A stretch of 64,000 nucleotides of DNA, from positions 28,396,001-28,460,000 of the forward strand of contig NC_043017.1 of NCBI RefSeq assembly GCF_006345805.1, written 5' to 3'. The notes under the pieces were generated by a model, which was not told the DNA's origin, ran no database searches, and saw nothing but the letters and a program-made list of their open reading frames with translations. A program made the translations under genes and the position numbers. This DNA comes from Octopus sinensis. Taxonomy: Eukaryota. Positions 1-13,855 of the stretch are shown piece by piece (within the stretch, counting starts at the first letter, position 1; each line of letters starts with the position of its first letter).

Positions 1-3000
1 GATCAAAACCCTTCCCAGAAGAACTTTACCTCAAACTCGTGGAAGAACCGTAGTATTTGTTCTGACAACTCAGTGATCAAAACCCTTCTCAGAAGAACTT
101 TACCTCAAACTCGTGAAGCACCGTAGTATTTGTTCTGACACTCAGTGATCAAAACCCTTCCCAGAAGAACTTTACCCAAACTCGTGGAGCACCGTAGTAT
201 TTGTTCTGACACTCAGTGTTCAAAACCCTTCCCAGAAGAACTTTACCTCAAACTCGTGGAAGCACCGTAGTATTTGTTCTGACACTCAGTATTCAAAACC
301 CTTCCCAGAAGAACTTTACTTCAAACTCGTGGAAGCACCGTAGTATTTGTTCTGACACTCAGTGTGAAAACCCTTCCCAGAAGAACTTTACCTCAAACTC
401 GTGGAAGCACCGTATATTTGTTCTGACACTCAGTGATCAAAACCCTTCCAGAAGAACTTTACCTCAAACTCGTGGAAGCACCGTAGTATTTGTTCTGACA
501 CTCAGTATTCAAAACCCTTCCCAGAAGAACTTTACTCAAACTCGTGGAAGCACCGTAGTATTTGTTCTGACACTCAGTGTGAAAACCCTTCCCAGAAGAA
601 CTTTACTCAAACTCGTGGAAGCACCGTAGTATTTGTTCTGACACTCAGTATTCAAAACCCTTCCCAGAAGAACTTTCCTCAAACTCGTGGAAGCACCGTA
701 GTATTGTGTCTGACACTCAGTGATCAAAACCCTCCCAGAAGAACTTTACCTCAAACTCGTGGAAGCACCGTAGTATTTGTTCTGACACTCAGTATTCAAA
801 ACCCTTCCAGAAGAACTTTACCTCAAACTCGTGGGGATCAACCGGTATTTGTTCTTGACACTCAGTATTCAAAACCCTTCCCAGAAGAACTTTACCTCAA
901 ACTCGTGGAAGCACCGTAGTATTTGTTCTGACACTCAGTGAAAACCCTTCCCAGAAGACTTTACCTCAAACTCGTGGAAGCACCGTAGTATTTGTTCTGA
1001 CACTCATGATCAAACCTTCCCAGAAGAACTTTACCTCAAACTCGTGGAAGCACCGTTATTTGTTCTGACACTCAGTATTCAAACCCCTTCCCAGAAGAAC
1101 TTTACCTCAAACTCGTGGAAGCACCGTAGTATTTGTTCTGACACTCAGTGATCAAAACCCTTCCCAGAAGAACTTTACCTCAAACTCGTGGAAGCACCGT
1201 AGTATTTGTTCTGACACTCAGTGATCAAAACCCTTCCGAAGAACTTTACCTCAAACTCGTGGAAGCACCGTAGTATTTGTTCTGACACTCAGTGATCAAA
1301 ACCCTTCCCAGAAGAACTTTACCTCAACTCGTGGAAGCACCGTAGTATTGTTCTGACACTCAGTGATCAAAACCTTCTCAGAAGAACTTTACTTCAAACT
1401 CGTGGGAGGCACCGTAGTATTTGTTCTGACACTCAGTATTCAAAACCCTTCCCAGAAGAACTTTACTTCAAACTCGTGGAAGCACCGTAGTATTTGTTCT
1501 GACACTCAGTGATCAAAACCCTTCTCAGAAGAACTTTACTTCAAACTCGTGGAAGCACCGTAGTATTTGTTCTGACACTCAGTGATCAAAACCCTTCCCA
1601 GAAGAACTTTACCTCAAACTCGTGGAAGCACCGTAGTATTTGTTCTGACACTCAGTGATCAAAACCCTTCTCAGAAGAAGTTTACTTCAAACTCGTGGAA
1701 GCACCGTAGTATTTGTTCTGACACTCAGTGATCAAAACCCTTCTCAGAAGAACTTTACTTCAAACTCGTGGAAGCACCGTAGTATTTGTTCTGACACTCA
1801 GTATTCAAAACCCTTCCAGAAGAACTTACTTCAAACTCGTGGAAGCACCGTAGTATTTGTTCTGACACTCAGTGATCAAAACCCTTCTCAGAAGAACTTT
1901 ACTTCAAACTCGTGGAAGCAGCGTAGTATTTGTTCTGACACTCAGTGATCAAAACCCTTCCCAGAAGAACTTTACCTCAAACTCGTGGAAGCACCGTAGT
2001 ATTTGTTCTGACACTCAGTGATCAAAACCCTTCCCAGAAGAACTTTACCTCAAACTCGTGGAAGCACCGTAGTATTTGTTCTGACACTCAGTATTCAAAA
2101 CCCTTCCCAGAAGAACTTTACCTCAAACTCGTGGAAGCACCGTAGTATTTGTTCTGACACTCAGTATTCAAAACCCTTCCCAGAAGAACTTTACCTCAAA
2201 CTCGTGGAAGCACCGTAGTATTTGTTCTGACACTCAGTGTTCAAAACCCTTCCCAGAAGAACTTTACCTCAAACTCGTGGAAGCACCGTAGTATTTGTTC
2301 TGACACTCAGTGATCAAAACCCTTCCCAGAAGAACTTTACCTCAAACTCGTGGAAGCACCGTAGTATTTGTTCTGACACTCAGTGATCAAAACCCTTCCC
2401 AGAAGAACTTTACCTCAAACTCGTGGAAGCACCGTAGTATTTGTTCTGACACTCAGTGTCAAAACCCTTCCCAGAAGAACTTTACCTCAAACTCGTGGAA
2501 GCACCGTAGTATTTGTTCTGACACTCAGTGATCAAAACCCTTCCCAGAAGAACTTTACCTCAAACTCGTGGAAGCACCGTAGTATTTGTTCTGACACTCA
2601 GTGATCAAAACCCTTCCCAGAAGAACTTTACCTCAAACTCGTGGAAGCACCGTAGTATTTGTTCTGACACTCAGTGATCAAAACCCTTCCCAGAAGAACT
2701 TTACCTCAAACTCGTGGAAGCACCGTAGTATTTGTTCTGACACTCAGTGATCAAAACCCTTCCCAGAAGAACTTTACTTCAAACTCGTGGAAGCACCGTA
2801 GTATTTGTTCTGACACTCAGTGTCAAAACCCTTCCCAGAAGAACTTTACCTCAAACTCGTGGAAGCACCGTAGTATTTGTTCTGACACTCAGTGTCAAAA
2901 CCCTTCCCAGAAGAACTTTACCTCAAACTCGTGGAAGCACCGTAGTATTTGTTCTGACACTCAGTGTTCAAAACCCTTCCCAGAAGAACTTTACCTCAAA

Positions 3001-6000
3001 CTCGTGGAAGCACCGTAGTATTTGTTCTGACTCAGTGTTCAAAACCCCTCCCAGAAGAACTTTACCTCAAACTCGTGGAAGCACCGTAGTATTGTTCTGA
3101 CACTCAGTGTTCAAAACCCTTCCCAGAAGAACTTTACCTCAAACTCGTGGAAGCACCGTAGTATTTGTTCTGACACTCAGTGTCAAAACCCTTCCAGAAG
3201 AACTTTACCTCAAACTCGTGGAAGCACCGTAGTATTTGTTCTGACACTCAGTGTTCAAAACCCTTCCCAGAAGAACTTTACCTCAAACACGTGGAAGCAC
3301 CGTAGTATTTGTTCTGACACTCAGTGTTCAAAACCCTTCCCAAAAGAACTTTACCTCAAACTCGTGGAAGCACCGTAGTATTTGTTCTGACACTCAGTGT
3401 CAAAACCCTTCCCAGAAGAACTTTACCTCAAACTCGTGGAAGCACCGTAGTATTTGTTCTGACACTCAGTGTTCAAAACCCTTCCCAGAAGAACTTTACC
3501 TCAAACTCGTGGAAGCACCGTAGTATTTGTTCTGACACTCAGTGTTCAAAACCCTTCCCAGAAGAACTTTACCTCAAACTCGTGGAAGCACCGTAGTATT
3601 TGTTCTGACACTCAGTGTCAAAACCCTTCCCAGAAGAACTTTACCTCAAACTCGTGGAAGCACCGTAGTATTTGTTCTGACACTCAGTGTTCAAAACCCT
3701 TCCCAAAGAACTTTACCTCAAACTCGTGGAAGCACCGTAGTATTTGTTCTGACACTCAGTGTCAAAACCCTTCCCAGAAGAACTTTACCTCAAACTCGTG
3801 GAAGCACCGTAGTATTTGTTCTGACACTCAGTGTTCAACCCTTCCCAGAAGAACTTTACCTCAAACTCGTGGAAGCACCGTAGTATTTTCTGACACTCAA
3901 TGTTCAAAACCTTCCCAGAAGAACTTTACCTCAAACTCGTGGAAGCACCGTAGTATTTGTTCTGGCACTCAGTGTCAAAACCCTTCCCAGAAGAACTTTA
4001 CCTCAAACTCGTGGAAGCACCGTAGTATTTGTTCTGGCACTCAGTGTCAAAACCCTTCCCAGAAGAACTTTACCTCAAACTCGTGGAAGCACCGTAGTAT
4101 TTGTTCTGACACTCAGTGATCAAAACCCTTCCAGAAGATCTTTACCTCAAACTCGTGGAAGCACCGTAGTATTTGTTCTGACACTCAGTGTTCAAAACCC
4201 TTCCCAGAAGAACTTTACCTCAAACTCGTGGAAGCACCGTTATTTGTTCTGACACTCAGTGTTCAAAACCCTTCCCAGAAGAACTTTACCTCAAACTCGT
4301 GGAAGCACCGTAGTATTTGTTCTGACACTCAGTGTTCAAAACCCTTCCCAGAAGAACTTTACCTCAAACTCGTGGAAGCACCGTAGTATTTGTTCTGACA
4401 CTCAGTGATCAAAACCCTTCCCAGAAGAACTTTACCTCAAACTCGTGGAAGCACCGTAGTATTTGTTCTGACTCAGTGTTCAAAACCCTCCCAGAAGAAC
4501 TTTACCTCAAACTCGTGGAAGCACCGTAGTATTTGTTCTGACACTCAGTGTTCAAAACCCTTCCAGAAGAACTTTACCTCAAACTCGTGGAAGCACCGTA
4601 GTATTTGTTCTGACACTCAGTGTTCAAAACCCTTCCCAGAAGAACTTTACCTCAAACTCTTGGAAGCACCGTAGTATTTGTTCTGACACTCAGTGTTCAA
4701 AACCCTTCCCAGAAGAACTTTACCTCAAACTCGTGGAAGCACCGTAGTATTTGTTCTCACACTCAGTGTTCAAAACCCTTCCCAGAAGAACTTTACCTCA
4801 AACTCGTGGAAGCACCGTAGTATTTGTTCTGACACTCAGTGTCAAAACCCTTCCCAGAAGAACTTTACCTCAAACTCGTGGAAGCACCGTAGTATTTGTT
4901 CTGACACTCAGTGTTCAAAACCCTTCCAGAAGAACTTTACCTCAAACTCGTGGAAGCACCGTAGTATTTGTTCTGACTCAGTGTTCAAAACCCCTCCCAG
5001 AAGAACTTTACCTCAAACTCGTGGAAGCACCGTAGTATTTGTTCTGACACTCAGTGATCAAAACCCTTCTCAGAAGAACTTTACCTCAAACTCGTGGAAG
5101 CACCGTAGTATTTGTTCTGACTCAGTGTTCAAAACCCCTCCCAGAAGAACTTTACCTCAAACTCGTGGAAGCACCGTAGTATTTGTTCTGACACTCAGTG
5201 ATCAAAACCCTTCTCAGAAGAACTTTACCTCAAACTCGTGGAAGCACCGTAGTATTTGTTCTGACTCAGTGTTCAAAACCCCTCCCAGAAGAACTTTACC
5301 TCAAACTCGTGGAAGCACCGTAGTATTTGTTCTGACACTCAGTGTTAAAACCCTTCCCAGAAGAACTTTACCTCAAACTCGTGGAAGCACCGTAGTATTT
5401 GTTCTGACACTCAGTGTTCAAAACCCTTCCAGAAGAACTTTACCTCAAACTCGTGGAAGCACCGTAGTATTTGTTCTGACACTCAGTGTTAAAACCCTTC
5501 CCAGAAGAACTTTACCTCAAACTCGTGGAAGCACCGTAGTATTTGTTCTGACACTCAGTGTTCAAAACCCTTCCCAGAAGAACTTTACCTCAAACTCGTG
5601 GAAGCACCGTAGTATTTGTTCTGACACTCAGTGTTCAAACCCTTCCCAGAAGAACTTTACCTCAAACTCGTGGAAGCACCGTAGTATTTGTTCTGACACT
5701 CAGTGTTCAAAACCCTTCCAGAAGAACTTTACCTCAAACTCGTGGAAGCACCGTAGTATTTGTTCTGACACTCAGTGTTCAAAACCCTTCCCAGAAGAAC
5801 TTTACCTCAAACTCGTGGAAGCACCGTAGTATTTGTTCTGACACTCAGTGTTCAAACCCTTCCCAGAAGAACTTTACCTCAAACTCGTGGAAGCACCGTA
5901 GTATTTGTTCTGACACTCAGTGTTCAAAACCCTTCCCAGAAGAACTTTACCTCAAACTCGTGGAAGCACCGTAGTATATTTGTTCTGACACTCAGTGTTC

Positions 6001-9000
6001 AAAACCCTTCCCAGAAGAACTTTACCTCAAACTCGTGGAAGCACCGTAGTATTTGTTCTGACACTCAGTGTTCAAACCCTTCCAGAAGAACTTTACCTCA
6101 AACTCGTGGAAGCACCGTAGTATTTGTTCTGACACTCAGTGTTCAAAACCCTTCCCAGAAGAACTTTACCTCAAACTCGTGGAAGCACCGTAGTATTTGT
6201 TCTGACACTCAGTGATCAAAACCCTTCCCAGAAGAACTTTACCTCAAACTCGTGGAAGCACCGTAGTATTTGTTCTGACACTCAGTGATCAAAACCCTTC
6301 CAAGAAGAACTTTACCTCAAACTCGTGGAAGCACCGTAGTATTTTTCTGACACTCAGTGATCAAAACCCTTCCAGAAGAACTTTACCTCAAACTCGTGGA
6401 AGCACCGTAGTATGTGTTCTGACACTCAGTGATCAAAACCCTCCCAGAAGAACTTTACCTCAAACTCGTGGAAGCACCGTAGTATTTGTTCTGACACTCA
6501 GTGTTCAAAACCCTTCCCAGAAGAACTTTACCTCAAACTCGTGGAAGCACCGTAGTATTTGTTCTGACACTCAGTGTTCAAAACCCTTCCCAGAAGAACT
6601 TTACCTCAAACTCGTGGAAGCACCGTAGTATTTGTTCTGACACTCAGTGTTCAAAACCCTTCCCAGAAGAACTTTACCTCAAACTCGTGGAAGCACCGTA
6701 GTATTTGTTCTGACACTCAGTGTTCAAAACCCTTCCAGAAGAACTTTACCTCAAACTCGTGGAAGCACCGTAGTATTTGTTCTGACACTCAGTGTTCAAA
6801 ACCCTTCCCAGAAGAACTTTACCTCAAACTCGTGGAAGCACCGTAGTATTTGTTCTGACACTCAGTGTCAAAACCCTTCCCAGAAGAACTTTACCTCAAA
6901 CTCGTGGAAGCACCGTAGTATTTGTTCTGACACTCAGTGTTCAAAACCTTCCCAGAAGAACTTTACCTCAAACTCGTGGAAGCACCGTAGTATTTGTTCT
7001 GACACTCAGTGATCAAAACCCTTCCCAGAAGAACTTTACCTCAAACTCGTGGAAGCACCGTAGTATTTGTTCTGACACTCAGTGTCAAAACCCTTCCCAG
7101 AAGAACTTTACCTCAAACTCGTGGAAGCACCGTAGTATTTGTTCTGACACTCAGTGTTCAAACCCTTCCCAGAAGAACTTTACCTCAAACTCGTGGAAGC
7201 ACCGTAGTATTTGTTCTGACACTCAGTGTTCAAAACCCTTCCCAGAAGAACTTTACCTCAAACTCGTGGAAGCACCGTAGTATTTGTTCTGACACTCAGT
7301 GTTCAAAACCCTTCCCAGAAGAACTTTACCTCAAACTCGTGGAAGCACCGTAGTATTTGTTCTGACACTCAGTGTCAAAACCCTTCCAGAAGAACTTTAC
7401 CTCAAACTCGTGGAAGCACCGTAGTATTTGTTCTGACACTCAGTTCGTCAAAACCCTCCCAGAAGAACTTTACCTCAAACTCGTGGAAGCACCGTAGTAT
7501 TTGTTCTGACACTCAGTGTCAAAACCCTTCCCAGAAGAACTTTACCTCAAACTCGTGGAAGCACCGTAGTATTTGTTCTGACACTCAGTGTCAAAACCCT
7601 TCCCAGAAGAACTTTACCTCAAACTCGTGGAAGCACCGTAGTATTGTTCTGACACTCAGTGTTCAAAACCCTCCCAGAAGAACTTTACCTCAAACTCGTG
7701 GAACGTGGAAGCACCGTAGTATTTGTTCTGACACTCAGTGTCAAAACCCTTCCCAGAAGAACTTTACCTCAAACTCGTGGAAGCACCGTAGTATTTGTTC
7801 TGACACTCAGTGTCAAAACCCTCCCAGAAGAACTTTACCTCAAACTCGTGGAAGCACCGTAGTATTTGTTCTGACACTCAGTGTCAAAACCCTTCCCAGA
7901 AGAACTTTACCTCAAACTCGTGGAAGCACCGTAGTATTTGTTCTGACACTCAGTGTCAAAACCCTTCCCAGAAGAACTTTACCTCAAACTCGTGGAAGCA
8001 CCGTAGTATTTGTTCTGACACTCAGTGTCAAAACCCTTCCCAGAAGAACTTTACCTCAAACTCGTGGAAGCACCGTAGTATTTGTTCTGACACTCAGTGT
8101 CAAAACCCTTCCCAGAAGAACTTTACCTCAAACTCGTGGAAGCACCGTAGTATTTGTTCTGACACTCAGTGTTCAAAACCCTTCCCAGAAGAACTTTACC
8201 TCAAACTCGTGGAAGCACCGTAGTATTTGTTCTGACACTCAGTGATCAAAACCCTTCCCAGAAGAACTTTACCTCAAACTCGTGGAAGCACCGTAGTATT
8301 TGTTCTGACACTCAGTGTTCAAACCCTTCCCAGAAGAACTTTACCTCAAACTCGTGGAAGCACCGTAGTATTTGTTCTGACACTCAGTGTCAAAACCTTC
8401 CCAGAAGAACTTTACCTCAAACTCGTGGAAGCACCGTAGTATTTGTTCTGACACTCAGTGTTCAAAACCCTTCCCAGAAGAACTTTACCTCAAACTCGTG
8501 GAAGCACCGTAGTATTTGTTCTGACACTCAGTGTTCAAAACCCTTCCCAGAAGAACTTTACCTCAAACTCGTGGAAGCACCGTAGTATTTGTTCTGACAC
8601 TCAGTGTCAAAACCTTCCCAGAAGAACTTTACCTCAAACTCGTGGAAGCACCGTAGTATTTGTTCTGACACTCAGTGATCAAAACCCTTCCAGAAGAACT
8701 TTACCTCAAACTCGTGGAAGCACCGTAGTATTTGTTCTGACACTCAGTGATCAAAACCCTTCCCAGAAGAACTTTACCTCAAACTCGTGGAAGCACCGTA
8801 GTATTTGTTCTGACACTCAGTGATCAAAACCCTTCCAGAAGAACTTTACCTCAAACTCGTGGAAGCACCGTAGTATTTGTTCTGACACTCAGTGTCAAAA
8901 CCCTTCCCAGAAGAACTTTACCTCAAACTCGTGGAAGCACCGTAGTATTTGTTCTGACACTCAGTGTCAAAACCCTTCCCAGAAGAACTTTACCTCAAAC

Positions 9001-12000
9001 TCGTGGAAGCACCGTAGTATTTGTTCTGACACTCAGTGTCAAAACTCCTCCAGAAGAACTTTACCTCAAACTCGTGGAAGCACCGTAGTATTTGTTCTGA
9101 CACTCAGTGATCAAAACCCTTCCCAGAAGAACTTTACCTCAAACTCGTGGAAGCACCGTAGTATTTGTTCTGACACTCAGTGTCAAAACCCTTCCCAGAA
9201 GAACTTTACCTCAAACTCGTGGAAGCACCGTAGTATTTGTTCTGACACTCAGTGATCAAAACCCTTCCCAGAAGAACTTTACCTCAAACTCGTGGAAGCA
9301 CCGTAGTATTTGTTCTGACACTCAGTGATCAAAACCCTTCCCAGAAGAACTTTACCTCAAACTCGTGGAAGCACCGTAGTATTTGTTCTGACACTCAGTG
9401 ATCAAAACCCTTCCCAGAAGAACTTTACCTCAAACTCGTGGAAGCACCGTAGTATTTGTTCTGACACTCAGTGATCAAAACCCTTCCCAGAAGAACTTTA
9501 CCTCAAACTCGTGGAAGCACCGTAGTATTTGTTCTGACACTCAGTGTTCAAAACCCTTCCCAGAAGAACTTTACCTCAAACTCGTGGAAGCACCGTAGTA
9601 TTTGTTCTGACACTCAGTGTCAAAACCCTTCCCAGAAGAACTTTACCTCAAACTCGTGGAAGCACCGTAGTATTTGTTCTGACACTCAGTGATCAAAACC
9701 CTTCCCAGAAGAACTTTACCTCAAACTCGTGGAAGCACCGTAGTATTTGTTCTGACACTCAGTGTCAAAACCCTCCCAGAAGAACTTTACCTCAAACTTG
9801 TGGAAGCACCGTAGTATTTGTTCTGACACTCAGTGTCAAAACCCTTCCCAGAAGAACTTTACCTCAAACTCGTGGAAGCACCGTAGTATTTGTTCTGACA
9901 CTCAGTGTTCAAAACCCTTCCCAGAAGAACTTTACCTCAAACTTGTGGAAGCACCGTAGTATTTGTTCTGACACTCAGTGATCAAAACCCTTCCCAGAAG
10001 AACTACCTCAAACTCGTGGAAGCACCGTAGTATTTGTTCTGACACTCAGTGTCAAAACCCTTCCCAGAAGAACTTTACCTCAAACTTGTGGAAGCACCGT
10101 AGTATTTGTTCTGACACTCAGTGTCAAAACCCTTCCCAGAAGAACTTTACCTCAAACTTGTGGAAGCACCGTAGTATTTGTTCTGACACTCAGTGTCAAA
10201 ACCCTTCCCAGAAGAACTTTACCTCAAACTCGTGGAAGCACCGTAGTATTTGTTCTGACACTCAGTGTTCAAAACCCTTCCCAGAAGAACTTTACCTCAA
10301 ACTCGTGGAAGCACCGTAGTATTTGTTCTGACACTCAGTGTTCAAAACCCTTCCCAGAAGAACTTTACCTCAAACTCGTGGAAGCACCGTAGTATTTGTC
10401 TGACACTCAGTGTTCAAAACCCTTCCCAGAAGAACTTTACCTCAAACTCGTGGAAGCACCGTAGTATTTGTTCTGACACTCAGTATTCAAAACCCTTCCC
10501 AGAAGAACTTTACCTCAAACTCGTGGAAGCACCGTAGTATTTGTTCTGACACTCAGTGTTCAAAACCCTTCCCAGAAGAACTTTACCTCAAACTCGTGGA
10601 AGCACCGTAGTATTTGTTCTGACACTCAGTGTTCAAAACCCTTCCCAGAAGAACTTTACCTCAAACTCGTGGAAGCACCGTAGTATTTGTTCTGACACTC
10701 AGTGTTCAAAACCCTTCCCAGAAGAACTTTACCTCAAACTCGTGGAAGCACCGTAGTATTTGTTCTGACACTCAGTGTTCAAAACCCTTCCAGAAGAACT
10801 TTACCTCAAACTCGTGGAAGCACCGTAGTATTTGTTCTGACACTCAGTGTTCAAAACCCTTCCCAGAAGAACTTTACCTCAAACTCGTGGAAGCACCGTA
10901 GTATTTGTTCTGACACTCAGTGTTCAAAACCCTTCCCAGAAGAACTTTACCTCAAACTCGTGGAAGCACCGTAGTATTTGTTCTGACACTCAGTGTTCAA
11001 AACCCTTCCCAGAAGAACTTTACCTCAAACTCGTGGAAGCACCGTAGTATTTGTTCTGACACTCAGTGTTCAAACCCTTCCCAGAAGAACTTTACCTCAA
11101 ACTCGTGGAAGCACCGTAGTATTTGTTCTGACACTCAGTGTTCAAAACCCTTCCCAGAAGAACTTTACCTCAAACTCGTGGAAGCACCGTAGTATTTGTT
11201 CTGACACTCAGTGATCAAAACCCTTCCCAGAAGAACTTTACCTCAAACTCGTGGAAGCACCGTAGTATTTGTTCTGACACTCAGTGTTCAAAACCCTTCC
11301 CAGAAGAACTTTACCTCAAACTCGTGGAAGCACCGTAGTATTTGTTCTGACACTCAGTGATCAAACCCTTCCCAGAAGAACTTTACCTCAACTCGTGGAA
11401 GCACCGTAGTATTTGTTCTGACACTCAGTGTTCAAAACCCTTCCCAGAAGAACTTTACCTCAAACTCGTGGAAGCACCGTAGTATTTGTTCTGACACTCA
11501 GTGTCAAAACCCTTCCCAGAAGAACTTTACCTCAAACTTGTGGAAGCACCGTAGTATTTGTTCTGACACTCAGTGTCAAAACCCTTCCCAGAAGAACTTT
11601 ACCTCAAACTCGTGGAAGCACCGCAGTATTTGTTCTGGCACTCAGTGTCAAAACCCTTCCCAGAAGAACTTTACCTCAAACTCGTGGAAGCACCGTAGTA
11701 TTTGTTCTGACACTCAGTGTTCAAAACCCCTCCCAGAAGAACTTTACCTCAAACTCGTGGAAGCACCGTAGTATTTGTTCTGACACTCAGTGTCAAAACC
11801 CTTCCCAGAAGAACTTTACCTCAAACTCGTGGAAGCACCGTAGTATTTGTTCTGACACTCAGTGTTCAAAACCCTTCCCAGAAGAACTTTACCTCAAACT
11901 CGTGGAAGCACCGTAGTATTTGTTCTGACACTCAGTGTCAAAACCCTTCCCAGAAGAACTTTACCTCAAACTCGTGGAAGCACCGTAGTATTTGTTCTGA

Positions 12001-12620
12001 CACTCAGTGTTCAAAACCCTTCCCAGAAGAACTTTACCTCAACTCGTGGAAGCACCGTAGTATTTGTTCTGACACTCAGTGTTCAAAACCCTTCCCAGAA
12101 GAACTTTACCTCAACTCGTGGAAGCACCGTAGTATTTGTTCTGACACTCAGTGTTCAAAACCCTTCCCAGAAGAACTTTACCTCAAACTCGTGGAAGCAC
12201 CGTAGTATTTGTTCTGACACACAGTGTCAAAACCCTTCCCAGAAGAACTTTACCTCAAACTCGTGGAAGCACCGTAGTATTTGTTCTGACACTCAGTGTT
12301 CAAAACCCTTCCCAGAAGAACTTTACCTCAAACTCGTGGAAGCACCGTAGTATTTGTTCTGACACTCAGTGATCAAAACCCTTCCCAGAAGAACTTTACC
12401 TCAAACTCGTGGAAGCACCGTAGTATTTGTTCTGACACTCAGTGATCAAAACCCTCCCAGAAGAACTTTACCTCAAACTCGTGGAAGCACCGTAGTATTT
12501 GTTCTGACACTCAGTGTTCAAAACCCTTCCCAGAAGAACTTTACCTCAAACTCGTGGAAGCACCGTAGTATTTGTTCTGACACTCAGTGATCAAAACCCT
12601 TCCCAGAAGAACTTTACCTC
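1..12620. repeat. 73-bp tandem satellite array (~170-175 monomers), truncated by window start
   Basis: Monomer GATCAAAACCCTTCCCAGAAGAACTTTACCTCAAACTCGTGGAAGCACCGTAGTATTTGTTCTGACACTCAGT repeated head-to-tail with no spacers. Main variants AGTGATCA/AGTGTTCA/AGTATTCA/AGTGTCA (72-73 bp). Ends abruptly at ...ACTTTACCTC 12620. Confidence 0.99.
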
Positions 12621-13402
12621 TCATCCTTTCACGGCTGTTACAATAATACGGATGCAGGATGATCGAATGTCGAGCTGTAAGAATGTCGTGATGGCTGCCT
12701 TGCAATATTCGTTACGGTTCGCTTCGTTCTGATTTCAAATAGAGTCGAGGTCCTTTTGGATGGTAATCTCAGTTCGTTACACAAAGACGCCAGGCTGCGA
12801 TGCTTTTCCGCTGCCTGACATTTGATATGGTTACAGTGGAGTCGATTCCGTTGCAAGTATTTCAACAATGATATTTTTGTCCCTGACTGGAAACAAAGAC
12901 AGACGTCTTGTGAAAGCTCTTGGACTCTGCATTCTCACTTGACTAAAAAGGTTGTTTTTCTTCAAAAAAAAAAAAGGACTTATTTTTTTATCACAAATAA
13001 AATAAATCCCTCGACTAGACGAAGTGTCCAAACAAAATGACAGACATTTCCTTGTCCACAATTCAAACAAATGCATTTAAATTTTGATACCGCTCGTTGC
13101 TGGCAGGTCCGTCTACTGTAAAAATAAAAAAAAGACTTTTGTTGTTGAGAATGTGAATGAAGCTTATTGATTTCGCTTTTATTCAAGGCGAAACAAAACT
13201 CTGTGACCTTCGTATTATCAACGAGCAGGGTTTAGTTGTCATTCGTAGTGTTTTTTATTTCATGCAAGTCAAAAGACCTATACGAGATAAAAAATACTTA
13301 GTAATGAACAGACGTTCAACAAATTTCACATGTGAGCCGTATAGAGTTATCCCCCTTGCGTAGCATTTATTCCTAGTTAATTTCATTGTCTCCCTTGGAT
13401 AA

Positions 13403-13855
13403 TCTATTTCTTTATTGTCCACAGGAGGCTAAACATAGAGGGGACAAACAAGGACAGACAAATGGATTTAGTCGATTACATCGACCCCAGTGCCTAACTG
13501 GTACTTATTTAATAGACCCCGAAGGGATGAAAGGCGAAGTCGACCTCGGTGGAATTTGAACTCAGAACGTAACGGCAGCCGAAATACCGCTAGGTATTCC
13601 GACCGGCGTGCTAACGATTCTTATTTCTTTACTACCCACAAGGGACTACATACAGAGGGGACAAACAGCGACAGATAAACGGATTCAGTCGATTATATCG
13701 ACCTCAGTGCGTAACTGGTGCTTATTTAATCGACCCCGAAAGGATGAAAGGCAAAGTCAACCTCGGGGAATTTGAACTTAGAACGTAGCCGCAGACGAAA
13801 TACCACTAAGCAGTTCGGCCAGCGTGCTAACGATTCTGCCGGCTCGTCGCCTTCA
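13403..13855 (-). mobile_element. SINE family A (tRNA-derived, Meta-like central domain), two tandem copies
   Basis: Reverse complement of AAGGCGGCGAGCTGGCAGAAACGTTAGC...GAGTTCAAATTCC (A/B box)...GTCGACTTTGCCTTTCATCCTTTCGGGGTCGAT...TAAAGAAATAGG. Same element recurs more than 20 times in the window. Meta-domain assignment is from recalled similarity. Confidence 0.85.

Noticed and set aside
1-12620. CRISPR array or tandem tRNA genes
   Set aside because: No unique spacers and no cas genes. The monomer is tRNA-sized with a B-box-like motif but lacks an A box and cloverleaf.
1-12620. Ribozyme-containing satellite (newt Sat2-like)
   Set aside because: Neither strand of the monomer has CUGANGA plus GAAA in a hammerhead arrangement.
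216-12732. Dozens of repetitive ORFs (KTLPRRTLPQTRGSTVVFVLTLS...) up to 378 aa
   Set aside because: Translation of the 72/73-bp satellite. Frames shift with each monomer and starts are non-ATG.
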